Of a stretch of DNA of 64,000 nt, positions 51,611 through 63,620 are shown piece after piece; positions within the stretch are counted from its first letter, which is position 1; every line of letters begins with the position of its first letter. The position numbers and the translations under genes are program-made. Origin of the DNA: an uncultured Clostridia bacterium (GTDB lineage Bacteria; Bacillota; Clostridia; TANB77; CAG-508); the NCBI GenBank assembly GCA_934130085.1, contig CAKOXK010000002.1:4613-68612 (forward strand), in the 5' to 3' direction. The notes under the pieces are model-generated. The model was not told the DNA's origin and did no database searches. It saw only the letters and a list, made by a program, of their open reading frames with translations.

Positions 51611-52276
51611 TTATTTTAAATGCTCTTCAATTTTTGCAATTGATTTTGCTGTTGTATCTTCCTTAGTTGTAGCTGAATATATGTTTATATCAACTGACTC
51701 TAATAAATTTTCATTTTTGTAGTATTCAATTAAAGGTGCTGTATTTTTATAATATACTTCTAGTCTTTGTTTAATTGTTTCTGGATTATCATCTTTTCTT
51801 TTTACTAGAGTACTACCACATTTATCACATATTCCTTCAACCTTTGGAGGCATAAATATTGTATTATATGATGCTCCGCATTCTTTATTTGGGCATATAA
51901 TTCTACTTGATGTTCTTTTAATTATATCTTCATCTGGAACACATAGGTTAATAACAGTAGTTACTTGCTTACCTTTTTCATTAAGATATTTTTTAAGTGA
52001 CTCTGCTTGGTTTATTGTTCTTGGAAATCCATCAAGTAAAGCTCCTCCTTCTAAACCATCAAGTGTTTTTTCACACATTGCAATTGTTATCTCATCTGGA
52101 ACTAGTTGGCCTTTTGATATATATTCTTCTGCTTTCTTGCCAAGTTCAGTATGATTTTTCATCTCATTTCTGAAAATATCACCTGTTGCAACATGTGCTA
52201 AATTGTAGTGTTTGCATATTTCTGCACCTATTGTACCTTTTCCTGTACCAGGCGCTCCTAACATAATTATATACAT
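51611..52276 (-). CDS. adk: adenylate kinase (start at MYIIMLGAPG; the ORF-track start 12 codons upstream is less likely)
   Basis: P-loop GAPGTGKGT, a LID domain with a Cys4 zinc knuckle (CPNKECGASY...CDKCGS). Confidence 0.9.
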   Translation of the reverse strand: MYIIMLGAPGTGKGTIGAEICKHYNLAHVATGDIFRNEMKNHTELGKKAEEYISKGQLVPDEITIAMCEKTLDGLEGGALLDGFPRTINQAESLKKYLNEKGKQVTTVINLCVPDEDIIKRTSSRIICPNKECGASYNTIFMPPKVEGICDKCGSTLVKRKDDNPETIKQRLEVYYKNTAPLIEYYKNENLLESVDINIYSATTKEDTTAKSIAKIEEHLK

Positions 52277-52357
52277 ATTAAAAAATCCTTTCTTTTGTTT
52301 TAGAAAATTCAAAAGAGCCTCTTTATGCTTTCGCTTTAAGTTGGCTCTTTTCTAATA

Positions 52358-53686
52358 TTATTTTTCCAAAAATCCTTTATAGTGTTTCATTACTAATAAT
52401 GATTGTAATTGTTGACTTAATTCAATTGCAACTCCTACAACAATTAATACTGATGATCCACCAAATGCTGTATTTAGTCCTGTAAATCTTGCGAACATTG
52501 GAATAATAGCAATAGCTGCTAAGAAAATACCACCAAATAATGTAACTTTTGAAAGTACACTTGAAAGATACTCTGCTGTAGGTCTTCCTGCTCTTATTCC
52601 TGGAATAAATCCACCATTTTGTTTAATATTATTTGCAACTTCAGCTGGGTTAAATGTAGCATACGTATAAAAATATGTAAATCCAATTATTAGTAGCAAA
52701 TAGATTGCTGCATTAATTATAGTATATTGCCATCCAACGTTTGATGATGATGTTGCAATAGATAAATTATATAAAACTCTTAATAAGCCCGAATGTGTTT
52801 CAATATCTTTTACAAATATTTCAATACACATTGCTGGGAATGTCATGAAAGACGAAGCAAAAATTATTGGCATAACACTTGCCATTGCTGGCTTAATTGG
52901 TATATGTGTATTTTGTGCTCCAACCATTCTTCTTCCAACAACTTTTTTAGAATATTGAACTGGTACTCTTCTTTCTGCTAATTGTACTAATATAACACCA
53001 ACTACAAGAATTAATACCCCAACAATAATTAATATTGCAGTAATTAATCCTTTTGTTGAAAAACTTCCGGCATCATCTTTTATTAATCCAAAAATTTGAA
53101 TTAATGCTGATGGTAAGCTTGAAACAATACCTGCAAAAATTAGCATTGATATACCATTTCCAATTCCTTTTGTAGTGATTTTATCTCCTAGCCACATAAG
53201 TAGTGATGTTCCTGCAACAAGTGCAGCAATTATTACAATTGCAGCTAGTACTCCTGTATCAACAAATATTCCGCTAGCTTTATATGAGAAATATACACCT
53301 AAAGCTTCTATTAAAGCTAATATCAAAGAAATTATTTTTGTAATTCTATCAATCTTTTTACGACCTTCTTCTCCACCTTCTTTTGTTAATCTTTCAAGTG
53401 AAGGAATTACCATAGCCATCAATTGTACAACAATTGATGCCGTAATATATGGCGTGATTGACATTGCAAATATTGATAGTCTTGAAAAAGCTCCTCCTGA
53501 TACTATGTTAATTAAACCTGTAATTCCATTTGTATATTGTGACATGGTGTCATTTAACGTTCCAATGTTAACCATTGGAACAGTTATATAACATCCTAAT
53601 CTGAATATTACAAGAAGAAGTAAGGTATATAACATCTTCTTTCTGATTTCAGGAGTTTTTAGTGCGTTTTTAATTGTTTTAAACAA
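52358..53686 (-). CDS. secY: preprotein translocase subunit SecY
   Basis: 442 aa, 10 TM segments, conserved SecY blocks. Confidence 0.95.
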   Translation of the reverse strand: MFKTIKNALKTPEIRKKMLYTLLLLVIFRLGCYITVPMVNIGTLNDTMSQYTNGITGLINIVSGGAFSRLSIFAMSITPYITASIVVQLMAMVIPSLERLTKEGGEEGRKKIDRITKIISLILALIEALGVYFSYKASGIFVDTGVLAAIVIIAALVAGTSLLMWLGDKITTKGIGNGISMLIFAGIVSSLPSALIQIFGLIKDDAGSFSTKGLITAILIIVGVLILVVGVILVQLAERRVPVQYSKKVVGRRMVGAQNTHIPIKPAMASVMPIIFASSFMTFPAMCIEIFVKDIETHSGLLRVLYNLSIATSSSNVGWQYTIINAAIYLLLIIGFTYFYTYATFNPAEVANNIKQNGGFIPGIRAGRPTAEYLSSVLSKVTLFGGIFLAAIAIIPMFARFTGLNTAFGGSSVLIVVGVAIELSQQLQSLLVMKHYKGFLEK

Positions 53687-53687
53687 A

Positions 53688-54125
53688 CTAAATCACCTCT
53701 GTCTTTCCGCCTAAGGCTTCAATTTGTTCTTTTGCAGCCTTTGTGAATTTTACAGCTTTAACAGTTAGTTTCTTTTCAAGTTTTCCAGTTGCAAGTACAA
53801 CGATACCATCATTTGCTTTTGCAATTATTCCATCTTTTATTAGGCTTTCAGCGTCAACTACTGCACTTGTTGAATGGTTTAACATTGTTAGAGTTACTTC
53901 AGTATAATTCTTTGCAAATTTACTGTTGTTGAATCCTCTTTTTGGTAATCTTCTATATAATGGTGTTTGACCACCTTCGAATCCACGTCTAACTCCGCCA
54001 CCTGATCTGGCTTTTTGACCCTTATGTCCTCTTCCAGATGTTTTTCCAAGACCTGAACCAATTCCACGTCCAACTCTTGTTCTTTTTGTTTTCTTATCTG
54101 CTGGTTTTAATTCATCTAGTTTCAT
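53688..54125 (-). CDS. rplO: 50S ribosomal protein L15
   Basis: MKLDELKPA...[24 protein letters not shown]. Confidence 0.95.
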   Translation of the reverse strand: MKLDELKPADKKTKRTRVGRGIGSGLGKTSGRGHKGQKARSGGGVRRGFEGGQTPLYRRLPKRGFNNSKFAKNYTEVTLTMLNHSTSAVVDAESLIKDGIIAKANDGIVVLATGKLEKKLTVKAVKFTKAAKEQIEALGGKTEVI

Positions 54126-54166
54126 TTATGGATTACACCTCCTCGTCATATTATTTTATTAAATTA

Positions 54167-54670
54167 TTATTTAAGGTCTTCTACTTTAAGTCCTCTCTTT
54201 TTAGCAACTTGTTCAATTGTTTCCATGTTCTTCAATCCTTCTAATGTTGCGTAAACAACGTTTCTTGGATTGTTTGTTCCTAGAACCTTAGTTCTAACAT
54301 CTCTATATCCTGCAAGTTCTAATACAGGTCTTACACTTCCTCCAGTAATAAGTCCAGTACCTTCTTCAGCAGGTTTTAACATAACGCTTGCACTTCCAAA
54401 TTTTCCAACATACTCGTGTGGAACTGTTGTTCCAACGATTGGAACCTCGATTAAATTTTTCTTTGCATCTTCAATTGCTTTCTTTATTGCATCTGGAACT
54501 TCTGCAGCTTTTCCGTTTCCAACACCTACATGTCCTGCTCCGTCGCCAACTACAACTACAGCACTAAATCTAAAAGTTCTACCGCCCTTAACAACTTTTG
54601 CAACTCTGTTAATTGCAACAACTTTTTCATTTAATCCATCATTTTCTTGTTTTTCACGTCTATCTTGCAC
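54167..54670 (-). CDS. rpsE: 30S ribosomal protein S5
   Basis: [21 protein letters not shown]. Confidence 0.95.
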   Translation of the reverse strand: MQDRREKQENDGLNEKVVAINRVAKVVKGGRTFRFSAVVVVGDGAGHVGVGNGKAAEVPDAIKKAIEDAKKNLIEVPIVGTTVPHEYVGKFGSASVMLKPAEEGTGLITGGSVRPVLELAGYRDVRTKVLGTNNPRNVVYATLEGLKNMETIEQVAKKRGLKVEDLK

Positions 54671-54691
54671 TTTTTGTTTCCCTCCTTTTTT

Positions 54692-55051
54692 TTAAAATTT
54701 AAGTCCGCCTTCTCTTGCGCTCTCAGCTAATTCTTTGATAACTCCGTGATATAGGTAACCACTTCTATCAAATACTACATTTGTTATCTTCTTCTCTATA
54801 GCTCTTGATGCTATTAATTTTCCAACTTCTTGAGCTGCAACTTTATTAGCATGTTTTTCTTTAACTTCTTTATCAAGTGTTGATGCAGAAACTAAAGTAA
54901 CACCTTTAACATCATCAATGATTTGAGCATATATTCCTGTATTTGATCTAAAAACACATAGTCTTGGGCATTCTGCTGTTCCAGAAATCTTATTACGAAC
55001 TCTAGCATGTCTTCTTGCTCTTTCAAATTTTCTATTTGTCTTTGAAATCAT
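54692..55051 (-). CDS. rplR: 50S ribosomal protein L18
   Basis: 119 aa; L18 signature. Confidence 0.95.
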   Translation of the reverse strand: MISKTNRKFERARRHARVRNKISGTAECPRLCVFRSNTGIYAQIIDDVKGVTLVSASTLDKEVKEKHANKVAAQEVGKLIASRAIEKKITNVVFDRSGYLYHGVIKELAESAREGGLKF

Positions 55052-55087
55052 TTTATTCTCCTTTCTTAAGCTTTAAAAGTTTAATTT

Positions 55088-55621
55088 TTATTTCTTACCT
55101 GTTTTACCTTCTTTACGTCTAATATGTTCTTCAACATATTTTATTCCTTTACCCTTGTAAACCTCAGGTGGTCTCTTTGATCTAACTACTGCTGCAGTTT
55201 GACCAACAGCCTCTTTGCTAATTCCTCTAACAATTATTGTGTTAGCATCTGGAACCTCAAAAGTTATTCCTTCTGGTGCTTCCATAATTACTTGATGTGA
55301 ATATCCTAAATTCATAACTAAGTTTGTACCTTGTTTTTGTGCTCTATATCCAACACCATTTATTTGAAGTGTTCTTGTAAATTCTTTTTCAACACCCTCA
55401 ATCATGTTGCTTATTAATGTTCTTGTTAAGCCATGTAGATTTCCATTTTGTTCGTTGTCAATTGAAACGATAACTTCATTTCCTTCTACTTTTACATTTA
55501 CAGCTTCATTTAGGTCTCTTTCAAGAGTTCCTTTTGGGCCTTTAACAGTTATATGATTTTTATCAATTGTAACTGTAACGCCTGCTGGAATTGCAACTGG
55601 CTTCTTTCCAATTCTAGACAT
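55088..55621 (-). CDS. rplF: 50S ribosomal protein L6
   Basis: MSRIGKKPVAIPAGVTV. Confidence 0.95.
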   Translation of the reverse strand: MSRIGKKPVAIPAGVTVTIDKNHITVKGPKGTLERDLNEAVNVKVEGNEVIVSIDNEQNGNLHGLTRTLISNMIEGVEKEFTRTLQINGVGYRAQKQGTNLVMNLGYSHQVIMEAPEGITFEVPDANTIIVRGISKEAVGQTAAVVRSKRPPEVYKGKGIKYVEEHIRRKEGKTGKK

Positions 55622-55724
55622 TTTGGGTTATCCTCCTTCTTATAATATTCAAAAATGCTATGCATTTCTTTTCAATTTTTATCTTTATAATACAATTTTG
55701 CAATCAATAAATTGATTTAATATA

Positions 55725-56123
55725 TTACCAGATATATGCTAGGACTTCTCCTCCTAGGTTATCTTTTCTAGCTTCTTTGTCTGTTTTAATTCCTTTTGAT
55801 GTAGAAATTAAAGCAATTCCTAATCCATTAAGAACTTGTGGAAGTTCATCTTTAGAAGCATATATACGTAAACCTGGCTTTGATATTCTCTTTAAACCAG
55901 ATATAACTCTTTTTCCGTTTTCATCATATTTTAAAGTAATTCTGATGATTCCTTGTTTTTCATCTTTTATTTCTTCAAAAGACTTTATGTATCCTTCATT
56001 TACAAGAATTTGTGCAATTGCTCTTTTCATGTTTGATGCAGGTACATCAACTGTTTGATGTTTTGATGTGTTTGCATTTCTGATTCTTGTAAGCATATCA
56101 GCTATAGGATCTGTTATATTCAT
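55725..56123 (-). CDS. rpsH: 30S ribosomal protein S8
   Basis: [17 protein letters not shown]. Confidence 0.95.
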   Translation of the reverse strand: MNITDPIADMLTRIRNANTSKHQTVDVPASNMKRAIAQILVNEGYIKSFEEIKDEKQGIIRITLKYDENGKRVISGLKRISKPGLRIYASKDELPQVLNGLGIALISTSKGIKTDKEARKDNLGGEVLAYIW

Positions 56124-56147
56124 TTGCTTTCCCTCCTTTTTTATTTA

Positions 56148-56333
56148 TTACCAGCTTGCCTTCTTAACTCCTGGAATTTCACCTTTATGAGCTAATTCTC
56201 TGAAGCATTCACGGCATACGCCATATTTTCTAATATAAGCATGTGGTCTTCCGCAAATTTTGCATCTGTTATATTCTCTTGTTTTATATTTTTGTACTTT
56301 TTGTTGTTTAACTTTTAAAGATTTCTTAGCCAT
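56148..56333 (-). CDS. rpsZ: 30S ribosomal protein S14 type Z (zinc-binding, 61 aa)
   Basis: [22 protein letters not shown]. Confidence 0.95.
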   Translation of the reverse strand: MAKKSLKVKQQKVQKYKTREYNRCKICGRPHAYIRKYGVCRECFRELAHKGEIPGVKKASW

Positions 56334-56358
56334 TGCTCCTTTTTTCCTCCTTCATTAA

Positions 56359-56898
56359 TTATTTTTTGAAAGGCATTCCAAGAAGAGTTAATAGCTCTTT
56401 TGCCTCTTCATCAGTCTTTGCTGTAGTAACAAAGATTATATCCATTCCTCTAATTTTATCGATTTTATCATATTCGATTTCTGGGAAAATTAATTGCTCT
56501 TTTATACCCATTGAGTAATTTCCTCTTCCATCAAAAGCATCTCCTGATACTCCTCTAAAATCTCTAACTCTTGGTAATGCTACATTGAATAGTTTGTAAG
56601 CAAAATCATACATTTTTCCTTTTCTTAATGTAACTTTTACACCAATATTAACTCCTGCTCTAATTTTGAATGCAGCTATAGCTTTTTTAGCTTTAGTTAC
56701 AACTGGTTTTTGACCTGTTATTGCAGTTATATCTTTTACAGCTCCTTCTAATGATTTTGGATTTTCTTTTATATCACCTAAACCAACATTTAGAACGATT
56801 TTATCTAGCTTTGGAACTTCCATTATAGATTTATATCCAAATTTTTTCATCATTGCTGGAACTATCTCTTTTTCATATTGTTCTCTTAATATTTCCAT
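56359..56898 (-). CDS. rplE: 50S ribosomal protein L5
   Basis: 179 aa; L5 signature. Confidence 0.95.
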   Translation of the reverse strand: MEILREQYEKEIVPAMMKKFGYKSIMEVPKLDKIVLNVGLGDIKENPKSLEGAVKDITAITGQKPVVTKAKKAIAAFKIRAGVNIGVKVTLRKGKMYDFAYKLFNVALPRVRDFRGVSGDAFDGRGNYSMGIKEQLIFPEIEYDKIDKIRGMDIIFVTTAKTDEEAKELLTLLGMPFKK

Positions 56899-56926
56899 AA
56901 GTCTAAATAGACCTCCTTTCCTTCAA

Positions 56927-57247
56927 TTATTTGTTTAACTCTGCTCCACAACTCTTGCAAATACGAACTTTTTTGTCTCCTTCAACTTTGTAACCAACTC
57001 TTACTGCTTTATTGCATTTTGGGCATATTACTTGAAGCTTACTTGCATTTACTGGATGCTCAGATGCTATAATTCCGCCTGTTTCTCCTGCTTTCTTAGG
57101 CTTTGTTGCTTTTTTTCTGATATTTACATCTTTAACAACTACTTTGTTTGACTTTGGTAAAACAGTTAAAACTTCACCTGTTTTTCCTTTATCATTTCCA
57201 GATAATACTTTTACAGTATCTCCTTTTCTAAGTTTCATATTTTTCAC
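56927..57247 (-). CDS. rplX: 50S ribosomal protein L24
   Basis: KGDTVKVLSGNDKGKTGEV KOW motif. Confidence 0.95.
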   Translation of the reverse strand: MKNMKLRKGDTVKVLSGNDKGKTGEVLTVLPKSNKVVVKDVNIRKKATKPKKAGETGGIIASEHPVNASKLQVICPKCNKAVRVGYKVEGDKKVRICKSCGAELNK

Positions 57248-57274
57248 CTCTTTCTTTGAAAAGATTGTTATTTA

Positions 57275-57643
57275 TTATAATACTTCTGGTGCTAATGATA
57301 GAATTTTCATATATTCTTTATCTCTTAGCTCTCTTGCTACTGGTCCAAATATACGTGTTCCAGTTGGTGTTTTATCATCTTTTATAATAACAGCTGCATT
57401 TTCATCAAATCTAACTACTGTTCCGTCAGCTCTTTGAATAGGCTTTTTAGTTCTAACAACTACTGCTTTAACTACTTGACCTTTTTTTACAACTCCACCT
57501 GGTGTTGCTGTTTTAACTGATGCAACTATTACGTCTCCTACCTTGGCATATTTTCTATAAGAACCACCAAGGCATCTGATACACATAATTTCTTTTGCTC
57601 CTGTGTTATCAGCTACTTTTAGTATAGTTTGTTGCTGTACCAT
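57275..57643 (-). CDS. rplN: 50S ribosomal protein L14
   Basis: [17 protein letters not shown]. Confidence 0.95.
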   Translation of the reverse strand: MVQQQTILKVADNTGAKEIMCIRCLGGSYRKYAKVGDVIVASVKTATPGGVVKKGQVVKAVVVRTKKPIQRADGTVVRFDENAAVIIKDDKTPTGTRIFGPVARELRDKEYMKILSLAPEVL

Positions 57644-57680
57644 AGTAAAATTCCTCCTTCTTTTTGGTTATATCTTTAAA

Positions 57681-57941
57681 CTATTTTATAATTGCCTTTT
57701 CAGTTATTTCAACAACTCTCCATCTTTTATCTTTTGATAAAGGTCTTGTTTCCATAACTTTAACTGTATCACCAATTTGGCATTGATTCTCACCGTCATG
57801 AGCCTTTAGTTTGTATGTTGACTTTTTGATTTTTCCATAAATTTTGTCCATTTTTCTTGTTTCAACTGCAACAACAACTGTTTTATCCATTTTGTTCGAT
57901 ACAACTTTGCCGATCATAGTTTTACGAAGATTTCTTTCCAT
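57681..57941 (-). CDS. rpsQ: 30S ribosomal protein S17
   Basis: [24 protein letters not shown]. Confidence 0.95.
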   Translation of the reverse strand: MERNLRKTMIGKVVSNKMDKTVVVAVETRKMDKIYGKIKKSTYKLKAHDGENQCQIGDTVKVMETRPLSKDKRWRVVEITEKAIIK

Positions 57942-57995
57942 TACTTAGGTATCTCCTTTCTTAAATTCTTAATAATTCTAACATTCATAGTTTAA

Positions 57996-58199
57996 TTATT
58001 TTGCTTCTTCTTGAAGCTTTCTTTGTGTTAAAACTGTATTTATTCTTGCAATGTCTTTCTTTACTTCTTTGATTTTCATAGGATTATCTAATCCATTTGT
58101 TGCTAAACTAAATCTTAGTTTAAATAACTCTTGTTTTAATTCTCCTAATTCTTTCTCTAAGTCAGGTGAAGACATTTCCTTAATCTTATTTATCTTCAT
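57996..58199 (-). CDS. rpmC: 50S ribosomal protein L29 (ATG at complement 58197-58199 after a GGTGGTGA RBS; the ORF-track GTG start 4 codons upstream is unlikely)
   Basis: [30 protein letters not shown]. Confidence 0.9.
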   Translation of the reverse strand: MKINKIKEMSSPDLEKELGELKQELFKLRFSLATNGLDNPMKIKEVKKDIARINTVLTQRKLQEEAK

Positions 58200-58632
58200 C
58201 TTTATCACCACCTATTTCAGTTTCTTCTTTTTTAATAAATTTTGACTTAACAGATAGTTTTGAACCAGCTAGTCTAAGAGCTTCTCTGGCAACATCTTCT
58301 GATACGCCACCCATCTCAAACATAACTCTTCCTGGTTTTACATTGGCTACCCAATATTCAACATTACCCTTTCCTTTACCCATACGAGTTCCGATAGGTT
58401 TTGCTGTAACTGGTTTGTCAGGGAAGATTTTAATCCAAACTTTTCCGCCTCTTTTAATATATCTTGTCATAGCAACACGGGCTGCTTCTATTTGGTTTGA
58501 TGTGATTTGACCAAGCTCTAATGCTTGTAAACCATATTGACCTTCATATACTTTATTTCCTCTTGTTGCCTTTCCTCTGTTTCTACCTTTTTGTTGTTTT
58601 CTAAACTTAGTCTTTTTTGGCATTAATGGCAT
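58186..58632 (-). CDS. rplP: 50S ribosomal protein L16
   Basis: [16 protein letters not shown]; GGAGGAG RBS 7 nt upstream. Confidence 0.95.
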   Translation of the reverse strand: MPLMPKKTKFRKQQKGRNRGKATRGNKVYEGQYGLQALELGQITSNQIEAARVAMTRYIKRGGKVWIKIFPDKPVTAKPIGTRMGKGKGNVEYWVANVKPGRVMFEMGGVSEDVAREALRLAGSKLSVKSKFIKKEETEIGGDKDEDK

Positions 58633-59296
58633 GATTATCTCCTCCTTCCATTACTTTTTGTTTTCTTTCTGGAAGAACTTCGCCTTTATATATCCAAACT
58701 TTAACACCAACTTTTCCATAAGTTGTATTTGCTTCTGCAAATCCATAATCAATATCAGCTCTTAAAGTTTGAAGAGGAACTGTACCTTCTTTGTAGAATT
58801 CAGTTCTTGCCATATCAGCTCCGCCTAATCTACCAGAGCATGCTGCTTTAATACCTAAAGCTCCTGCTTTCATTGCTTTTTGCATACATTGTTTCATTGC
58901 ACGTCTGAATGAAATTCTTCTTTCTAGTTGTCCTGCAATATTTTCTGCAACTAGTTGAGCATTTGTATCAACATCTTTAACCTCAACTATGTTTAGGTTA
59001 ACTTGTTTGTTAATCATCTTCTCTAATTCTTGTTTTAAGCTTTCAGCTAAGTTTCCACCTTTTCCTATTACAAGGCCAGGTTTAGCTGTGTAAACATTTA
59101 CTTTAACAAATTTAGATGTTCTTTCAATTTCAATTTTTGAAATACCACTAACATATAACTTTTTCTTTATATACTCACGAATTTTATGGTCTTCTACTAC
59201 GTATTCTCCAAAATGTTTTTTATCAGCATACCATTTAGAATTCCAGTCGTTTATTACACCAACTCTAAATCCGCGTGGATCAATTTTTTGTCCCAT
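58607..59296 (-). CDS. rpsC: 30S ribosomal protein S3
   Basis: [14 protein letters not shown]...KH domain. Confidence 0.95.
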   Translation of the reverse strand: MGQKIDPRGFRVGVINDWNSKWYADKKHFGEYVVEDHKIREYIKKKLYVSGISKIEIERTSKFVKVNVYTAKPGLVIGKGGNLAESLKQELEKMINKQVNLNIVEVKDVDTNAQLVAENIAGQLERRISFRRAMKQCMQKAMKAGALGIKAACSGRLGGADMARTEFYKEGTVPLQTLRADIDYGFAEANTTYGKVGVKVWIYKGEVLPERKQKVMEGGDNHAINAKKD

Positions 59297-59302
59297 CTTA
59301 GA

Positions 59303-59854
59303 TTAGTCCTCCTTTTCTTTTAATACGATTGTTGTGTTGCTTGTTCTTTTTCTAATTCTAACTGCTGAACCCTTTGCTGCTGGTCTAATTCTCTTTAATG
59401 TAGGTCCTTGGTTTGAATAAATTTCAGCAATATATAATTTGCTGTGATTCATTTGATTGTTGTTTTCAGCATTTGCTATTGCAGATTTTAATAATTTTGT
59501 TAAAACATCTGCTCCAGCTTTTGGAGTAAATTGTAATATTGCCATTGCTTCATCAACATTTTTTCCTCTAATTAAATTTGCAACTATTGCTACTTTTCTA
59601 CTTGATATTCTCTCATATTTAACAGTAGCTTTTGCAACTAATTCTTCTTTATTTTCTTTTTCAACTTTAACAGCTTTTTTTGTTTCTACTGTTTTCTTTT
59701 CAACAGTTTTAGCTGTTTTAACTGAAGATTTTGCAGTTTCTGTTTTCTTTGCTGCAGTTTCTTTCTTTGTTGTTTGTGCTTTCTTTTCTGTAGCTTTTAC
59801 ATCTTTTTTAGTTTCTGTTTTAGCTATAGTCTTCTTTTCTTTCTCGTCTGCCAC
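59303..59854 (-). CDS. rplV: 50S ribosomal protein L22 with a Lys/Ala/Thr/Glu-rich N-terminal extension of about 70 aa
   Basis: The L22 core (ERISSRKVAIVANLIRGKNVDEAMAILQF) is preceded by MADEKEKKTIAKTETKKDVKATEKK... The ORF begins 29 nt after the rpsS stop, so the extension appears genuine. Confidence 0.88.
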   Translation of the reverse strand: MADEKEKKTIAKTETKKDVKATEKKAQTTKKETAAKKTETAKSSVKTAKTVEKKTVETKKAVKVEKENKEELVAKATVKYERISSRKVAIVANLIRGKNVDEAMAILQFTPKAGADVLTKLLKSAIANAENNNQMNHSKLYIAEIYSNQGPTLKRIRPAAKGSAVRIRKRTSNTTIVLKEKED

Positions 59855-59883
59855 AATAAAGTCCTCCTTTTCTCAAATTTCAA

Positions 59884-60165
59884 TTATTTCTTATCTGTTC
59901 CTGTTTTGCTTCCAGCATGACCTTTGAATGTTCTTGTTGGAGCAAATTCACCTAATTTATGTCCAATCATCTCTTCTGTAATATAAATTGGAACATGTTT
60001 TCTTCCGTCATGAACAGCTATTGTATGGCCAACCATTTGTGGATATATTGTAGAAGCTCTTGACCATGTTTTGATAACTTCTTTAGTTCCACTTTCATTC
60101 ATTGCATCAATTCTCTTTAATAACTTTGGCTCAATGAATGGCATTTTTTTGCTTGATCTTGACAT
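59884..60165 (-). CDS. rpsS: 30S ribosomal protein S19
   Basis: [19 protein letters not shown]. Confidence 0.95.
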   Translation of the reverse strand: MSRSSKKMPFIEPKLLKRIDAMNESGTKEVIKTWSRASTIYPQMVGHTIAVHDGRKHVPIYITEEMIGHKLGEFAPTRTFKGHAGSKTGTDKK

Positions 60166-60182
60166 ATTTTTCTCCTTTCAAA

Positions 60183-61010
60183 TTACTTTCTACGTTTTGT
60201 AATTAATCTATTAGATTTTTTATGTTTTGCTCTTGTCTTGTATCCAAGTGCTGGTTTGCCCCAAGGTGTCATTGGACCTGCGTGTCCTACTGGAGCCTTT
60301 CCTTCACCACCACCATGCGGGTGATCGTTAGGGTTCATAGCAGAACCTCTGACTTCTGGGCGTTTGCCTAAATGTCTTGTTTTTCCTGCTTTACCTAATT
60401 TAATATTTTCATGATCTTCATTTCCTACTACACCTATTGTAGCTTTGCAATTAGCTAAAACTAATCTCATTTCACCTGATGGTAATCTTAAATGAGCATA
60501 TTTTCCTTCTTTAGCCATTAATTGAGCTGATTGACCTGCAACTCTAACAAGTTTTGCACCTTGCATTGGGTTGATTTCAATATTATGAATTAATGTACCA
60601 ACTGGAATATTCTCAATTTTCATGCAGTTACCTGGTTTAATATCTGCTTTATCAGCTGATATTACTTTATCATTAACCTTTAGTCCCTTTGGAGCTATGA
60701 TATATGATAATGTACCATCTTCATATTTAATTAATGCTATGTTAGCTGATCTGTTTGGATCATATTCGATTCCAACAACTGTAGCTGGCATATCAACTTT
60801 GTTTCTTTTGAAATCAATTATTCTGTATTTTTGTCTGTTTCCGCCACCTTGATGTCTAACTGTAATTTTTCCATAAGAATTTCTTCCTGATTTTTGTTTC
60901 TTTACAGCTAATAATGACTTTTCTGGAGTTTTCTTTGTAATTTCTGAAAAATCAGAAACAGTCATGTTTCTAAGTGATGGAGTAATTGGTCTAAATTTCT
61001 TTGTTCCCAT
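60183..61010 (-). CDS. rplB: 50S ribosomal protein L2
   Basis: 275 aa; L2 signature [15 protein letters not shown]. Confidence 0.95.
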   Translation of the reverse strand: MGTKKFRPITPSLRNMTVSDFSEITKKTPEKSLLAVKKQKSGRNSYGKITVRHQGGGNRQKYRIIDFKRNKVDMPATVVGIEYDPNRSANIALIKYEDGTLSYIIAPKGLKVNDKVISADKADIKPGNCMKIENIPVGTLIHNIEINPMQGAKLVRVAGQSAQLMAKEGKYAHLRLPSGEMRLVLANCKATIGVVGNEDHENIKLGKAGKTRHLGKRPEVRGSAMNPNDHPHGGGEGKAPVGHAGPMTPWGKPALGYKTRAKHKKSNRLITKRRK

Positions 61011-61107
61011 TTTAAAAATCTCCTTCTTTATAATAAGTGATAAATTTTCCTGTTCACTTTACAGATATTTTTTATTATCCGAGTTCTTTCTCGATAAATT
61101 CTAAATT

Positions 61108-61448
61108 CTATTGAATTCCTTCAATTGAATCTTTGTATTTCTTTGAAACTTTTGTTTCTTTTCCACCTTTAGCTAGGTATTTTTGATCAGCTGGGTTTCT
61201 ATCTATTGTAACAATTGCTTTTTTCCAATCTGATGTTTTTCCAATGTTTCTTCCAACTCTCTTTTCTTTTCCTTTTACGCTAATTGTGTTTACATTTAAA
61301 ACTTTTACATCAAATAGCTTTTCGCAAGCTCTTTTGATATCTACCTTTGTAGCTTTTTTATTAACTTTAAAGGTATACTTTCCTAATTGTACTTGATCAT
61401 TACTCTTCTCTGTAACAATAGGTTTGATAATTACTTCTTCTGGTAACA

Positions 61449-61449
<1 letters not shown>
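61108..61449 (-). CDS. rplW: 50S ribosomal protein L23
   Basis: AGGAGGTG RBS 8 nt upstream; ...IIKPIVTEKS. Confidence 0.92.
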
Positions 61450-62072
<623 letters not shown>

Positions 62073-62089
62073 CCGTTTTTCCTCCTTCC

Positions 62090-62719
62090 TTATGCTTTTA
62101 CGCTTGATTTAATTTTTAATATTGATTTCTTAGCACCAGGAACACTGCCTTTAACTAAGATTACATTTTTATCTAAATCAACTTTTACTACTTCAAGATT
62201 TTGGATTGTAACTGTTTCAACACCCATGTGTCCTGGTAAGTTCTTTCCTTTGAATACTCTACCTGGTGTTGATGTTGGTCCCATTGAACCTGGTCTTCTG
62301 TGATACATTGAACCATGTCCCATAGGTCCTCTTGATTGACCATGACGTTTAATAACACCTTGGAATCCTTTACCTTTTGAAGTACCTTGAATATCTACTT
62401 TATCTCCAGCTTGGAAAACGTCAGCCTTTAATTCATCACCAACTTTTATTCCTTCAACTGAATCTAATCTAAACTCTCTTAAATATTTCTTAGGTTGTAG
62501 TTTAGCTTTTGTAAATTTACCTAACTCTGGTTTTGTTAATTTGCTTTCTTTAACATCTTGAAAGCCTAATTGAACAGCTGTGTAACCATCTTGATCAGCA
62601 GTCTTAACTTGTGTAACTGTGCATGGTCCAACTTCAATTGCTGTTACTGGGATAACTCTTCCCTTTTCGTCGAAAATCTGTGTCATACCGATTTTCTTTC
62701 CGATTAATGCTTTGTTCAT
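62090..62719 (-). CDS. rplC: 50S ribosomal protein L3
   Basis: [26 protein letters not shown]. Confidence 0.95.
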   Translation of the reverse strand: MNKALIGKKIGMTQIFDEKGRVIPVTAIEVGPCTVTQVKTADQDGYTAVQLGFQDVKESKLTKPELGKFTKAKLQPKKYLREFRLDSVEGIKVGDELKADVFQAGDKVDIQGTSKGKGFQGVIKRHGQSRGPMGHGSMYHRRPGSMGPTSTPGRVFKGKNLPGHMGVETVTIQNLEVVKVDLDKNVILVKGSVPGAKKSILKIKSSVKA

Positions 62720-62933
62720 TTTTCCTCCTATTGGCTAACCTTTTTATTTCTATATATGTAGATAAGTTAGCTTGGCTTTTTTAGAATTACATCATAAACT
62801 CTTATATTAACTTATATTGATTTTTTGATTTTCTTAGTTTTGTTTTATTTTACAATATTTTGCTTGAATATAATTCTAAAGATATTTGCAATCTGCATTC
62901 TGCATTTAAATTAAATTTAATTTGCAAACATTA

Positions 62934-63284
62934 TTATAATTTGATTTCTATATCAACACCTGCTGGTAATTCAATTTTCATTAAACTATCAACTGTTTTT
63001 TGAGTTGGATATAAAATATCAATAACTCTTTTATGAGTTCTAAGCTCAAATTGTTCTCTTGAATCTTTGTGCTTGTGTGGAGAACGTAAGATTGTTACAA
63101 TTTCCTTCTCAGTTGGAAGTGGAATAGGTCCTGAAACTTTAGCTCCTGTTCTTTTAGCAGTATCTACTATCTTCTCAGCAGACTGTTCTAAAACTACATG
63201 ATCATAAGCCTTAAGTCTTATTCTGATCTTCTCACTTTTTGCAGTTGTTGCAACTTTGTTTTCAGCATTCTTTTTTGTTGCCAT
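62934..63284 (-). CDS. rpsJ: 30S ribosomal protein S10 (18-aa N-terminal extension; AAGGAGGG RBS supports this start)
   Basis: [30 protein letters not shown]. Confidence 0.93.
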   Translation of the reverse strand: MATKKNAENKVATTAKSEKIRIRLKAYDHVVLEQSAEKIVDTAKRTGAKVSGPIPLPTEKEIVTILRSPHKHKDSREQFELRTHKRVIDILYPTQKTVDSLMKIELPAGVDIEIKL

Positions 63285-63531
63285 TTGTTTTCCCTCCTTA
63301 AAAATTTTGTTTTTCGGGGTCGGAAGTTATAAACGCACCCTGGTGTTTCATTTATTACCATTAAAAAAGCCAAGAAATTGCATGATAATCCTTGGGCATA
63401 AGTGCTATAATATTTATAAAACTTGCCGCCTGGTCTAAGCCATGACATACTCCATAGAAGTTCCCTCCATCACCTAAATAAAGGTGTGTAGCCACATTCT
63501 ACTTCAACGCATTTTGTCAACATGCTATTTT

Positions 63532-63560
63532 ATTATATAGCCAATAAAAGCAAAAGTCAA
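63532..63560 (-). promoter_or_regulatory. candidate S10-operon sigma-A promoter (TTGACT-N17-TATAAT) about 245 nt upstream of rpsJ, defining a long leader
   Basis: Consensus-like hexamers with ideal spacing on the minus strand. Confidence 0.5.
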
Positions 63561-63620
63561 GTAAAATACCGAAAAATGTATTTTTTCTTTCAAAAGTTAC
63601 GTTTTGATTTTCTTGTTTCT

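Noticed and set aside
54270-59927. Several 90-160-aa + strand ORFs across the ribosomal protein cluster (for example 54270-54695, 59457-59927)
   Set aside because: They are antisense to highly conserved minus-strand ribosomal genes, and their compositionally biased products are artefacts.
63218-63448. 76-aa ORF overlapping the rpsJ start and S10 leader
   Set aside because: It overlaps the conserved S10 N-terminus out of frame and lies within the leader, so it is not credible.
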